Positions 15,423 through 35,629 of a DNA stretch of 64,000 nt are shown here, one piece after another. A model generated the notes under the pieces. The model made no database searches. It was not told the DNA's origin and was given only the letters and a program-made list of their open reading frames with translations. The DNA is from the human T2T-CHM13v2.0 reference genome, Homo sapiens, in the NCBI RefSeq assembly GCF_009914755.1, contig NC_060935.1; one strand, written 5' to 3'. The stretch's first letter is position 1. Each line of letters begins with the position of its first letter. The translations under genes were made by a program, and so were the position numbers.

Positions 15423-15989
15423 TATGCTTCTAGGTGCTTGTCTTCTTTGGGCCTATACAAGACTGAAGGTGGAACAAAAAGAAATAGTGTTGTTACCATA
15501 GCTAGTTTATATAGCTAGTTGAAATTCTATTTGAAGTGTATATATTCATTCTGTTAAACATATATATGGATGAACTTAGGTTCAAAATGTAAGTCTACTC
15601 CTTACCGCCTATAGTTTTATATCCTCTACCTGATAACCCTGCCACTATCATTCCATTTTTGTTGTTCTATCCATTTTCTAACCCTATTACTTTAATCTAC
15701 TTTCATCCACAGAAATTTGGCATTTCTTATCTTCAAAACGCTGTGGATCTTATCGTTCATCTCGGATGGTTTTTGTTTGTTTGTTTGTTTTTTTGTTTTT
15801 TTGGTGAGTCTTATCTCTTCTAGACACGCTTGAATCAGTTGAGATCCAAAATAGCAACATATAGTCTTAACTGAAAGAAGTTAGAAAGAAAAATTAATAA
15901 TAAATTAAGTAGAAAAATAAGGTATAGCATTAATGGTTTAGTTTAAGAAACAGTGTCCTTAGGAATAGCTACTGAGGGAAAAGGAAGAT

Positions 15990-16180
15990 AACTAACATTT
16001 GTAAGATACTTAGAACTCACAGACTGTGTCGGGAGTTTTCCAAAAATTACTTTAATTAATCCACACAATAATTCTGTCAAGCAGGTGTTGTTATATGAGC
16101 CAGAGGCTCAGGCGGGGGTAAGAGACTTGCCCAAGGTCATACAGAGAGTAACTCGCAAACCTAGATGCCAACCAAAGACC
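15990..16180 (-). mobile_element. MIR
   Basis: gaggctcag...gacttgcccaaggtcatacag core. Confidence 0.65.
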
Positions 16181-17239
16181 CTTTCATTTTGTTGTTCCTT
16201 CTCCTGTACCATCTCATATATTTTAAAATGGCTTTTTATTAGATTGTTTTTCAGTCAAGAATTTTTGGAGTTAGCTAGGAAGTTAATGTGTAAGTGGCAG
16301 TTTGAAGATAGAAGACCACATCATTGTTTAATAAGTGTGGCACAGTCCTTGGAAAAGCTGATTGATTTGATGGGGGTAGTTTTGTATCATAATGTGCTCA
16401 AAGATGAATAGCACAAAGAGTAATATTTAAATACCAAATGGAGCCCTCATTTACCAGATCCTTGATGGAAATTTTAATACACCTAAAACAAATTTATGCT
16501 GATTTTTTTCGTACCCCCAACACAGTTGTCCAAAATTGTTCATGCCTGCATAGGTGATTCACACATTATATAAAATTCATTTTCAAAGCACCTTATGCAA
16601 ACAAAATTGTATTCCTGCTCTGTTGTTCGAAATTAAATAAAATGGTTCCTCAGCCAGTCCACTACTCCCAGACATGCATCCACACACGTTCATCATACAT
16701 GCTTACCTGCCTCTGAACTTTGCTTAGAGTCTTTCTAAGTCTCCACTCACTGGCCTCCTTTCCCAGTTGTTAATGCATTCAGCTCATCTTCTTTCAGATA
16801 ATGGCTTAGGTCCTAACACCTCAAGAAAGCTTTTCCAACAAGGATGTATTCATCAAATAAGGAAATGTGGATTTCACCCTTGCAATTTGCAGTGCAGTTC
16901 CCCCAAAAAAGTCTATTAACTACCACACACTTGGCATGATATTAGCTGCTGGGCATTTAACAGTAAGTAAAATAAATTCTCTGTCATTGAAGCATTTACA
17001 GTCGTCTTGTAGGTCTTGTGTAGGGATCATAGGAGCAAATTATTTTCTTGTTCTGTGCCTCCATTTTTTCATCTGTAATACGAGGAAAATAACAGTACCT
17101 GCTTTGTTAGGGTTCTTATGATAATTGAATGAATTAATATTTGTAAAGTACTTAAAACAGGGCCTAATCAATAGAAAATGCTTTATTTACTAAAACAAGA
17201 CTAAACTTTGGAATAAGTGTTCTAGTTCTAAAAAGATCC

Positions 17240-17720
17240 TATTTGTATGTTAAGTAGGATTATAGTAAATGTATAGGTTAGTTTGTAGAGAAATGTCATC
17301 TTTATAGTAACAGGTCTTCCTATTCAAGAATAGGATATGAGTTTCCACTTACTAATATCTTCTTTTACATCCCTCAATAGAATATTAAAGTTTTCTTCAT
17401 ATAGATCTTGCTATTTTGGTTATGTTTATTTCCAGGTATTTTATCTTTGTTTCTGTTTAAAATAGCACCACGTAATATTCTAATTCATTGTTATTTATAT
17501 AAAGGAAAATCATTGATTTTTGTTTTTCAATTTTGTATTGAAGTATTTTATTGTTTGTGATGAGTTTTCATTTGGTTTGCATGGACTTTCTAAATGTATA
17601 ATCATATCTATTAAAAATGATCATTTGCCTCTTATTTTCCAATTTTTATAGCTCTAGACTTTTTTTCTTACCTAATTAGTATTAACTGATTATGGTAGTA
17701 GTGAACATCTCTGTCTTATG
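17240..17720 (-). mobile_element. Old L1ME remnant
   Basis: Degenerate antisense ORF2 motifs (gtcttcctattcaagaatagg, tatttccaggtattttat). Confidence 0.6.
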
Positions 17721-18277
17721 CTGTGATTTTTGACTTGTGACCATTATACTTGAAATGGATTATTATATATAATGTTACGCATTCCCAATTTGATAAACAA
17801 AATCACAATGTGTTTTTTAATTGTCCAGTCTGCTTTCCATAAGCTTAAACATCCAAATTTGGCTCTTACCCTGACAAAAATCTTCCAGAATATTTTAGAG
17901 AACTATAATCTATGGAGAACAAAAACTCACACTTCCAAAAGGAGATAAAGTCAGAAATGATTCTTCAGTGTTGCTAACCCTTTCCCCTGAGCACTTAAAT
18001 TAGCCCCTGGGGAGTGTGTCCTAATATGTTTAATGTTCAAAATATCTGCTAACTAAAAACCTCTATACTATTGTTAAGGACTAACCCCATTGTGCCTGAC
18101 ACATAGTAGATACACAAAAATGTTTATTGGAAGTGTTGATGAAATTCCAGAAACTCTCTCCACTGGCTTACCTCATCTAAATATTACCTGTCCATCAGTG
18201 AACTGCTTAGGCCATGTTCTCCCCATGAATTCTCTCCTAATATCTTCAGGTAAAAGGTAGATATAATCTTTTTCACT

Positions 18278-21037
<2,760 letters not shown>

Positions 21038-21499
21038 CCCACCCATCAAACTCTCTCTGCACTGTATGAGGAGGTAACCTCCTTCAGGGTAGTATTCATG
21101 GCTGAGTCATTTTGTGATACCCAATCACACCTTTCACGTATATTTATTACATATCTAATGAATTCATTACTTTTTGTTAAATGAATTGTGAGACAAAACA
21201 ATTATTTACATTATTTGAAAACTGTGAGGAACAGTGTGCACTTGAAAGGTCATTGCTGTTTTGGTTTTTTTTTTTTTTTTTTGAAGCTACATTTATTTAT
21301 GATCAACCAGAGAGACTAAACAGTGGACTCATGGGTTTGGACTCTATTGCAATTCAAGTGAGGTCAGAGGAATTCCACAGAAAACTTAAAAGGCATGAAG
21401 TAGCTATTATAGTAAAATTAATATTTTAGGGGAAAAATCATTAATGAGAGAAAAGAGCATTCTGGAAAACTGTGTTCCATTTAAGGCACCTCATTACCA

Positions 21500-21680
21500 G
21501 ATTCTTTAAGGAAAACTGGAGGGAGTTCTGAGACACAAAGAATGATTAAGAGGCTGTAGGGATTAACTTAGAAACAACGATTTTAAAAGACTAAATATGT
21601 ATAGCTTAGCTGAACAGTAACTAAACAGAGATGTAACTATTGTCAAATTTCTGAAATCAAGAGAAGTAATGGGCTTCTCT
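21500..21680 (+). mobile_element. L3/CR1 remnant
   Basis: Degenerate match to the CR1 RT C-terminal region. Confidence 0.35.
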
Positions 21681-21789
21681 GATTAAAAAAAAAAACACTT
21701 GAGGGTCTCCTTTATGATTATTGGAGTAAATGAGGAAAAAGAAAACAAAATCTTAAACAACTTATATGCAATATTTAGACTGTGCGCTG

Positions 21790-22275
21790 CAGTGTAAACT
21801 ATCAGAGTTGAATTCAAATCCCAACTCCTTTATTTTCCACCTGGGGAATTTCAGGCAACTCCTTCCACCTTTTAAACTTTGTCATATGTAGAGTGGGAAT
21901 TACACCACCTACCTTTAGGGTTACTATGAAGATTAAATGAGATGACATAAGTAAACAGTCTAGTTCCATGCCTAGCACAGATTGCAGGTTGAGAAAAAGA
22001 ATAGCTGCTATTGATATCACCATTATCATCATCGTTCTTAAGTGGTTACGAGTTCAAAGTGCTAGGATTCAGACAAACCTAGAATTCAAAGTGCCTGAAT
22101 TCAGGCACATTCAAACTGTATCATTTAATTCTGTCTCTACCTCACGGTTTCTTTAACCGTGATAGTGTTGTAGTGAGGACTTAATGAAATAATATAACAT
22201 AAAATGCTTAGCATTGATTCCTGGCACATAACTAATCACTGAATAAACACATTAACAGCTGTAGCACTATTTTCA
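21790..22275 (+). mobile_element. Two tandem MIR remnants
   Basis: gaattcaaatcccaactc...gaagattaaatgagat; tgaggacttaatgaaat...cctggcacata. Confidence 0.65.
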
Positions 22276-22935
22276 TTATCGTTAGCACCATCATTATTCC
22301 ATCATAGAACCTGGACAAAAGCCTAACATATATTTAGATTATTTCCAAATTTCCCGTTACAAACAGTGCCATGCATGTATCTCCATTTCTGCCATTATCG
22401 TCACCACCACACATATACATGCACACAATTCAGTAATTATTTATTACTTGTTGAATTAAGTAATTTCTTCTAATGATCCTGTCGGGTATTTGTGGTCACT
22501 ATACGTGGCTGGGGAGGTACCAGAATGCTCCTGTATGTTTCTTATGTAATCCAATTTATAGCAACAGATTTAAGTGCATTTTTTCATTTCAGTAAAACTG
22601 ATATGTAGATTTATTTGAATTTTTATAAAGAATCCCTGCACTTATAATAATATTTTCATTTGTGTTTTCCATACATAGGAACTCCCTGTAGCTACACATT
22701 GCTTATAGGATTGTGTTACTGCAGTAAACAGAATATACTCTAGCTAGATTAGGCAGAAATGGTATCAATTAGAGGGTTGCTAATTAGAAGATATTAAGAT
22801 TAATCAGAGGGTATAAATCATATGTGTTAAGTATTCATCAGAGCTACCTCACATTTACCATTAGATAGATCACAGAAACTGTGGGAGGGCCAGTAGAGAT
22901 ACAGATGGCAAATAAACATATGAAAAAAGTGCTCA

Positions 22936-23504
<569 letters not shown>

Positions 23505-24033
23505 CTTCATTGAGACACTACTATACAACTGCTAGAATGGCTAAAGTTTTAAAACTGACAGTATCAAGTGCTGATAACAGTACACAGCAACTGAAACACT
23601 CACTGAAACATTGCTGCTGAGAATGAAAAACTTATATAATCACTTTGGAAAGTAGTTCGCATTTTAAAAATAAAGTTTAAGATATATCTGCCATTCAACC
23701 CAGCAATTCCACTCCTAGGTATTGGTCCAAGAGAAACAAAAATATAAGTCCAATTAAAAACCTATGTCCACATACTTATAGCAACTTAATTCTTAATAAT
23801 AAAAATGAGAAACAACCCAGATGTCCCTCAACTGGCATATAGATAAATCATTTTTGGTACATCCATAGAATAGAATACTACTCAGCAGTAAAAAGGACCA
23901 GACTACTCACACATATAGTAACCTGGATGAATCTCATGTGAAAAAAGGCAGACACAACAGGCTAAATACTCTATGATTCCATTTCTACAATGTTCTGGAA
24001 AACTGTCTCTGTTCTATTAGACTGTAATCTTGA

Positions 24034-24410
<377 letters not shown>

Positions 24411-27400
24411 TGATCAGTTTAGAGAGTAAGCTTTAGCTGTGAAGGGAATCAAAGATCCAGATTGGGCCAAAGGTCAATACAGGGTATTTTGGGGTAAATC
24501 GAGGTACACAGGACTATCAACATGAGGGCAAGGAGCAGAAGTTGGGCCTGCTGGACCTGCTGAACAGCATGAATATCTACATTAATGGATCCTACTCAAG
24601 TCTACTGACTCATATAGCCTTTAGCCTCCAGAGAACATAGCCCTTCTTTGATGACCACTGATTAAAACTGATTGCAGTTGCATCCAAGGTTGTGATTTAC
24701 CTGCTTTTGACAAATTTGCAGTTTTGCTTTGATTGTTTATTTGCAATGTGCGTTACTAATCCTCCTTAGCAACTCACAAGGATTGGAAGTGATAGAGACT
24801 ACACTAACAGGTTGACTCCAGAGTTGCATGAGTTTAATAGTGCTTCTAGTTGCTTTCTGGCCAATATAAGATTCCAAAGCAAAGGACCATCTTAATTGAA
24901 ATATTTTTAATATGGCAGATTTTATAATGGTAAATTTAACTCAGATATAATCTGTGCCTTGTGAATACAATAAAGCAACATATGATATAAAGAAAAGAGC
25001 CTGTAAGGGTAGAACTTGGCAGACTTGGATTCTGGTCCCTGGACTCAACCTGTTCAACCTTAGGCCATTTAACCTCTCACTTTCTTCAGAGGTGCCATTC
25101 AGCTCTAGTATTAATTCTATGATTCTGAAAGCAGTTGATAGTGTGACTGGAAGGAGAAATGAAAGAAGCTTTTTCAATTACTAGACTTTAAAGCTTCTAG
25201 TTTTGACTTCTAGGCTTCAGTCCTCAGAATGGTAGACCTGAGCTGTGTCCAGTGTTTACATTATAACATATCTATTTTGGAAAAGACTGGCACGTGTTTA
25301 TAGATGGGATTGGAAAAGTACTTAGGTTGTTCTTGCAACCAGAGGCCCATAATCGAGTTTTTATATTTTTCCTTAGAGGTATATATTGCAATGACTCACT
25401 GTAAGAAACAATATTATTGCTCATATTAAATATTCTTTAAGTAGCTTTTCCACGTCTTGAAAGAATTACGTTTTCTTCTAGGAAGGCAGATTTTGTTTTT
25501 GACATGGTGGTACTCTTTTTTTTCAAGCGCATAATCTAGTTCTTTTCATGTCAGTGAAACTTAGTAGTACTTAAAAATGGATTGAAATAGTGGTAACTAG
25601 TTCCACAGAGATGTTTGCCTACATAAGGCAAATCTCTAAAGTTAAATCTTTGATGCATATGTGCATTTTTCATTTCGTATTTTCGGTTCCTCCACACCAT
25701 TTCTTTGTAGTCAAATTCATTGTAATCCCATCATGAAAGTGTTGATCTTTTAGTAACCTTTTTTGAAGCATTGTATTAATCCACATTCCCTCACGATAAC
25801 ACACGGTTTGTATCAAACATATCATGCAGCTTAGCTCAGGCCACATATGGAACTAATAAGTCAGGCAATAAGTGGCTTTGTGTGAATGAATACAGTTTGG
25901 AAGGGTGGGGACATGTGTGTGTGTTGTCTAAACTGCATTTCTCCTGTGCCAAAACCGAAATGACACAATGATTCCTGAATCCCCAGAGGCTTTCCTGGCC
26001 TGGAAAAATTGTGTTTAAAAAATAAAAATAAAATTGAGCACTTTGATATTAAATTAAACCTCTCAGCTCAATAGGAGGATGCTTACTGGGTGCAAGAACA
26101 CAGCATTTATTTCTCAGCAGTAAAATCATACTACGTTTTAAATGTGATCTCCAGAGCTGCAAGTGGTCTTCCCTCATCAATGGAGCAACATTTATCAAGC
26201 TGCATGAACTAGTTAATTCCAACTGCAAGAGCTGTGACGTCATAGTTGATCTGTCTTATTTGATGAAACACAAAGTGGATGTATAGTGATTTGAGAAGAA
26301 ACCAGCATGTGGCTTTGGAAAAACACTATATTTTTATACAAAAAGGGGGTATAGGAGAGGAAAACAGAGAGAACATAGACAGTTAATGGAATTGACATGG
26401 CCGTAGTTGTCTGTTGTGGTCTGAATGTACTTGTTGCTTGGGTTTTCTTTCTTTTTGCTTGTTCCGGTAACTATAAAGCCAGATCTTCCTGGGTTTTTTT
26501 AGCATAAGGATTATCTTTTGCTACCAGACAATACAGTTTGTTAATTTTTCCAGGGAAACCACTGAACATTGTTTCTCCCCACTTCCCATCTAACTTATTA
26601 TCTAAGTGTAATTTTCATCTTGGTTGCCTACTAGCCATAGAGTTGAACAAAATCTTAATTGCCCCCATGGAGTCCTAAATCAATCAAAGTAAAGCTGAAA
26701 TTCAAACTAATTGAAACCAAAATTCCACTTAAAGACTGCTTAGACTGTTTTGGTGGTGGCGGTGCAGTAGGAAGTTGTTACAAAAGGTGTTTATTTCAGA
26801 GGCTAATTTGAGGCAGTTATACAGACCCAAAGCAATATTTTATTTGCCTAGTTTTCTTGGCATCTGCCTTCCCCAATCAAAAATGAGAGCAGAAGGAGCC
26901 GTAATGTTTAGGGAAGTGTGGGATTGATAATAGTTGGTGAGGGCAGGTGTTGATGGAACCTGAAGTAAGATTTCTTAGAGACAAGAGTACTTCAGTCTTT
27001 TAGCCTGTCCATAGCTGCCTTTGCTGTTGTTTCCCTCGTTCACTCTCTTGCTTAAAACCCTGGAGTAGGTTCTTACTGCTAACCAGCAAGATAAAGTTGA
27101 ACTCTTCAGCTTAGCACTCTTAGCCCTCAGCAGTTATAATGACTACCCTGTAAAAGTCAGGCCTCAGGAACTTCTATTCTCTGTAAAATTCTAATTGAAC
27201 TCTTACAACTATCTTATGAGATAAATATTGTTGGTCCTGTTTATAGACAAGGCATAGATTGGTTATGTAACTTGCTCAAAGTTATACACATTATATGGTG
27301 AGAATAGGCTGTGAGTCCAGGCCTCTCATTCCAAAGACAGAGAGCTGATTCACATTGCCTAGCTTAGTGGACACTCAATAAATATTTGCTGAATGAATGA

Positions 27401-27959
27401 ATAGAACGTGTGGAGACTTAGTAAATGTAGTTCTTTCTCCCCTTTCCCTATCCTTGTCCTTTCCTCCTCGACCTGGTTCCTTCTTTTCCTTTCTATTTTT
27501 ACTAATATCTTACCAGGGAGTTAACTTGTTGAAGATTATTGAAATTTTTAAAAGTTTGCCCAAGCAAGGAAGGAGTTTGCGTGACCATACAGCAGAGCTG
27601 GGTCTTTCACCAGGTCCCCTGACCACTCACATCATGTATCAGTCTTTCCATTTCACTATATAATTATTTTAAAGATACTGACATGTGTGTGTTTATTCCT
27701 GCTTCTCTGGAGTGCATGCAGTCAGAAGCTTAATGAAAATTAGCATTTAAAAAAGTGAACAGTGTACTTAAGATTTTCCCTTTGATTTGAAGTAACTCTT
27801 TCCTTCTTCCTTTTCTGCCCCCCATTCTTAGTAGTTAAGTGGTAAGCCATTATTGAACACCAGCTTTATGCCCAGCCTAGTGGTAGATACTGTGATGATG
27901 ATAATGTGGAGAATATATATATATCTGGTACATATATATATATATATATATGTATTAGT

Positions 27960-28200
27960 AATGATAACAGGTATTTTATATTGAGCACTTATGATGTACC
28001 AGATATTATTTTGGATAGTCTATATACTTTATCTTATTTAAACTTTACAACAGCTCTGCAAGGCAGGCAACATCCCCATTTTACAAGTAAGGAAATGGAA
28101 TCTCAGAGAAGTGACTTATTCAAAGTCAAACAACTAGTAAGTGACAGTACTGGTATTCAAACCCAGCTCTTCTGCATTTAAGCCTATCCTACTGTGTCGT
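27960..28200 (-). mobile_element. MIR
   Basis: ttgagcacttatgatgtaccaga...ccccattttacaagtaaggaaatggaatctcagagaagtgact. Confidence 0.7.
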
Positions 28201-28556
28201 GATGCCTCTCATTTCTTCCTATACTGTATTAATTTAACTTGTTAATTAACAAGTATTTATCAAGTACCTATCCAGTTGGTTAAGGCTTTCCAAAAAGAAC
28301 AAATGGAAAAGTGCGTATGGGGAGGAGTTTAGGGTCAAGGGTAAAATGCCCACTTACCTGCAGTAATCAGAGAGCTTCCAGTGGAAAATGGAACTTCTGT
28401 TGGTTCTTTGAGAATAGATAAGACATGAGATATAGGATGCCTAGAGAGAGACATAGAGACAAGAAAGAGAGCTTTCTGCCAGAGTAATGAGTACTGTGTA
28501 AAAAGCTATCAGAAGAGTTGTTAGCCAGTATTGAAAAGCTGGTTTTTTATATATAA

Positions 28557-31330
<2,774 letters not shown>

Positions 31331-33577
31331 GTGTTATGTATGCATTTATTTTTGAGTTCCCTATGTGGAAAATTAAAAGGGTAATATGGTAGAATTTGGA
31401 GCTGTTATTAAGCGGTTCTAGCCTTGGCTTTGTCCCTTATCATCCCTGTGACTTTGGGCAGGATGCTCTTGTCTTCCTGGGCCTTAGTTTCTTCATTTAT
31501 AAGAGGAAGAAGGTTGGAAAGATGGTCTCCAGGGTCTCTTTAAGCTGTAAAATTCAAAGATTCTATGATTTAAAAAAAAAATAGTACTATGCAGCAAATG
31601 GAGAGTTAAGACCCAGACAGAGGCTTGAAATTCCCACATTTTTCTTTTTTTTGGTTAAAATCAGACTTGGAGAGAAATTTTCACTGTGGTCTCTGAAAAC
31701 AGTTCAACACCCATCTTCCGTTGTGGAACCTGGGGCAGGCAATTGTCTGTGTACTCACTCGGAGACACATAGCTTAGTGTTATTTCAGTAAGTTTTTTTT
31801 TTTCCTTGATGTTTAATATTTTTCGGTATGAATCACAGGTAAAATTTCCATGCCATGTGTAAACGATTTCACTTCTTATTGAAACAATGAATTCAGGAAC
31901 GTCATGTTGGGATATCAGCCATTTTGCTTTTATCAATGTATGGAAAAATGCATTTATATTAATACAAGAAATGATGTCATTTAATATGGGGTAGATCTTA
32001 TAATTCAAGGTCTGCAAATCTCAGGAGGTGATTTAGGTCACCAAGCTAGGTTTGAAAAAGGAAAAAACTATTTTCCTTCTGCTTTCTCAAGTATTGTTAC
32101 CAGTTTTCGTCTCAGACTTTGGGGTAGGTGGTAGAGAGTAGCATGGTTTGTGAAAAGGAGGCCCTGGCTGATAATATCTTTGCCATTGAACCATGCGGCC
32201 CTGGATAATTTACTTCCCCTTTCTGGGGTTCAGTTTTCCCATCTGCAAAAGAAAAGGATTGGCTGAAATAATATTCAAGATACCTTTTAGTTTTAACATT
32301 GTATGTTTCTACATCCTTACTTTATGTGTGTATTCATTCAAACCATTCAGGAGACCCAGTTATGTTTGGAGGTTTTTCTTAAAAAGCCCAGAATCAGTGA
32401 GAGTGAACTCTTTCTCTAAGTATCACTCAAGCAGAGAAAAATCAGTTGAATTCTAGAGTCAAACAAAAGAAAACTGACTGTTTTTAGTAGGTGTTTATTT
32501 ATGCCCCCTGTTGTCTTACTCTGAAGGCCTGCTTTCTATTCACATGATTTGTGGTTTTATTCTTTAAGAGAGGGATATATTTAAAAGTTTGACTTAGCCA
32601 CTCTTAAATTTAAGTGCTAAAAGAGTTAAACCTTAAGACCGATGCCCCTTCACATTTGTACACAGACATACATTTTATAAAGTCTATAAACTTTCTTCAT
32701 GTGTAATATGTCATTTGAAAAACACATTTTTGCAGAGCTGTGTTGTCCACTTACTGTGTGTTTGATGTGTGGATGAGCATGTGTGAGAATATGCACATCC
32801 ACTTACTTCGGCTCTCCTTTATGGTCAGTTACGGAAGCAAATGGTGATACTCAGAGACACAGTGAAAGGAAGTGAAGAACAGACCGATGAAAACCATTAG
32901 CAACTTATCCAGAGTACTCAGAAGGACACTTAATTTTAGAAAATTGGCCTCTACCAGAAATAAATCAAACAAAGGGCAGATCTAGCCCACAAACCAGCAG
33001 TTTCCCTGTACCACCTCTCCAGCTATGTGCTCTGGTCTGGACAAAGAGGAACGTTAGAGACTCAAGAGAAATACAGAGCACAGCCTCTGTCAAAAGTGAG
33101 TTGCAATGTATTTGTTTAATAAGCATTGAATAAGTACCAGCACTATGCCAGACACTATTGGAGTCAGAGATGAATACAAGATGGTCCTTACCCTTGTTTA
33201 TACAAAGGGGAGGGCTGAATGGAAGCTGGCAATATCTAAAAAGAAACACTGGTTTTCTGGTATATGTCCCTGGAGTTGGTGTTAGCAAACCCTACCAGGG
33301 TCTGGGGGTAGAAAAGAAGGCTAGATACAGGGGTCTTTGAAATATCCTCATTCCACAGTTGGTCACTCTTAGTCTTCTCTAAGTTTAGGGGGCAAGAGAA
33401 CAGTAAGTAGATGAAGAGGCTACCTTAAATACCATCGTAATTTAAGTGGGTGTGCATACTCATACACGTGCTTATCTATATGTCAAATACCCAGTAAGTG
33501 GAAAGTACTGTGAGGCTGATAATAGTATCAAACATTTACATTTCCTCTTTTAGAGTTCAAAAAAATAACTTGTTTAG

Positions 33578-33736
<159 letters not shown>

Positions 33737-35629
33737 TGAGTACCTTTATCTCTGATAACCAGAAACTGTAATGTGGATAGGATCCTGAAAATCTTTTCTG
33801 ACTTCCACATTGCTCCACACCTGCCTCTGAGTTTTCTTCTGTAATGAGATATGGGAGGAAAATGAAAGGCGCCATCACAGTTGGGGAGATCTAAGCTCCC
33901 GTCTGGCTAAGGAGGATGTAGCCCCCTTGGAGGGAGGAGGGGCCAAGGGGATATTGCTTGAACTTTGGGAAGGTGGCTGAGCAAGGAGCCCTTGAGGGCA
34001 TTGCTGAGACAAACTGGAAGACAGCCAGTATGATTCATGGTAAGGGAGACCCAGAGCCCCTTGGACCTTTCCAAAGAACAGGTGAAGGGCCTGATTATAG
34101 AATGAGCATCAGGACCATGGCTGTGAGCATTAAAGGAAGAAAGCAGATAAGGAATAGGTCAGGGGGTCAGGACTTAGTTTGAGACCAGTAGGTACATTCT
34201 GAAATGTTTCTTGTGTGTGGTGTCAGTACCTGTTGAACCGTGAGGGCAAGCTGCTGCTGAAAGTGCTCCGTCAGGATAGACATGGACCTTTGAAAAGAGA
34301 AGGAGAGAGGGGAAGTCTGATAGAAAGAAGACATTAGATTCATTCACTTGACCTAAATGGAAAGTTGTTGGCTGTATCCATTTAGTAATTCTTGAAGTTT
34401 GAATCCTTGGGTAGTGGGCAGTAACTTACAAAATCACGTGCCTGGAAAGCAGGCCTGTAGAGTTAGACAGCTGGGGGCAGCACTGGCTTCTGATTCCAGG
34501 TATTTTTCTCATCATCTGCTGTGTGGATTTGAAATTCTACCTCTCTGAAATTTGATTTGCTCTGCTGATGTGCCTTCAGAAAAGTAAAAAAACTGTGGTT
34601 GGTCTTTACTTTGATTTTCAAAACGGCAAGTTCCAGATGTCTGGTCTTAGATAGGACTCCTGTTAAGCAAATACACAACTGTTTAAAGAATTCCACTCAA
34701 AACATCAAAATAATTATTAAAGCTTGGTGTTGATATGGACCCGGATGCCTTCAGGAATATGAGAGAGGAATTAAGTTTTAAAGTAAAGTAATAAGAATAA
34801 TAAAAGTGAGCTAGCAGGTATTTATTTAGCTTGTCTCTGTGTAAAGCTCTGTGATAGGTGCTTTAGAGAGATGAGAAAGCTCAAGCCCTGTCCCCAAGAG
34901 ATTTGTGGTCCAGTTGGAAACAAGGCACAGAATTCATGAAGAGGTTTTCTAACACAATGGTAAATAACCTAAAATAATGAGAAAATTGGCAACCTACAAC
35001 ACTAATTAATCACACTAAATGAATCTTGCTCAGTACAGATAGCAGATTGTCCCTGAACCATTTACTGAAGTGTCTGTCTTTTCTCCACTGATGATAATGG
35101 CATCTCTTTTGTAAACCAAGTTCGCTTATCCATAGAGATCCATTTCCAGGATCCCTATTCTGTTCTGTTGCTTTATTTGGCTAGCCATCGATTAGTATGA
35201 CATTTTTAATTATTGTAAGATGTAATTTCTAAAAGTGTTGTTGAGATTTGAGAATGAAATAAAAATCAAAATGTCCATTTTACTATTGATAAAGCTACTT
35301 GGAAAATGGGGCTTTAGATCTGAAATAAAACGGGCTTGCAAAGATGTCACTCAAAATTGAACTTATCCTCATAATCACAATGTAAACTGGAGAGCCATAG
35401 GCTTTCCCTACAGAGGCAGGCCCTTAACTACATTGGCAGACAGCGATCAGGTGACTTTTCTTCAGGAGCCCAGATAGGGCTGAGCCAAGAATACCCAGTT
35501 GCTATTTTGCCCTCTAGATTCACCAATCAGGAAAGTCCCTCCTCCTCTGAGAGAGTGAGAGGATGGAGAGAGCCAAGAGTGTTAACTCCTAAAGCCATGT
35601 TCCTTCATAGGAACAGAAAAGGAAAATAC

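Noticed and set aside
21287-21357. Poly-T acceptor plus CAA|gtgagg donor
   Set aside because: Weak GAAG acceptor, frameshifting length, no other support.
26155-26286. Open phase-0 stretch after an ctccag acceptor
   Set aside because: No credible donor before the stop codon.
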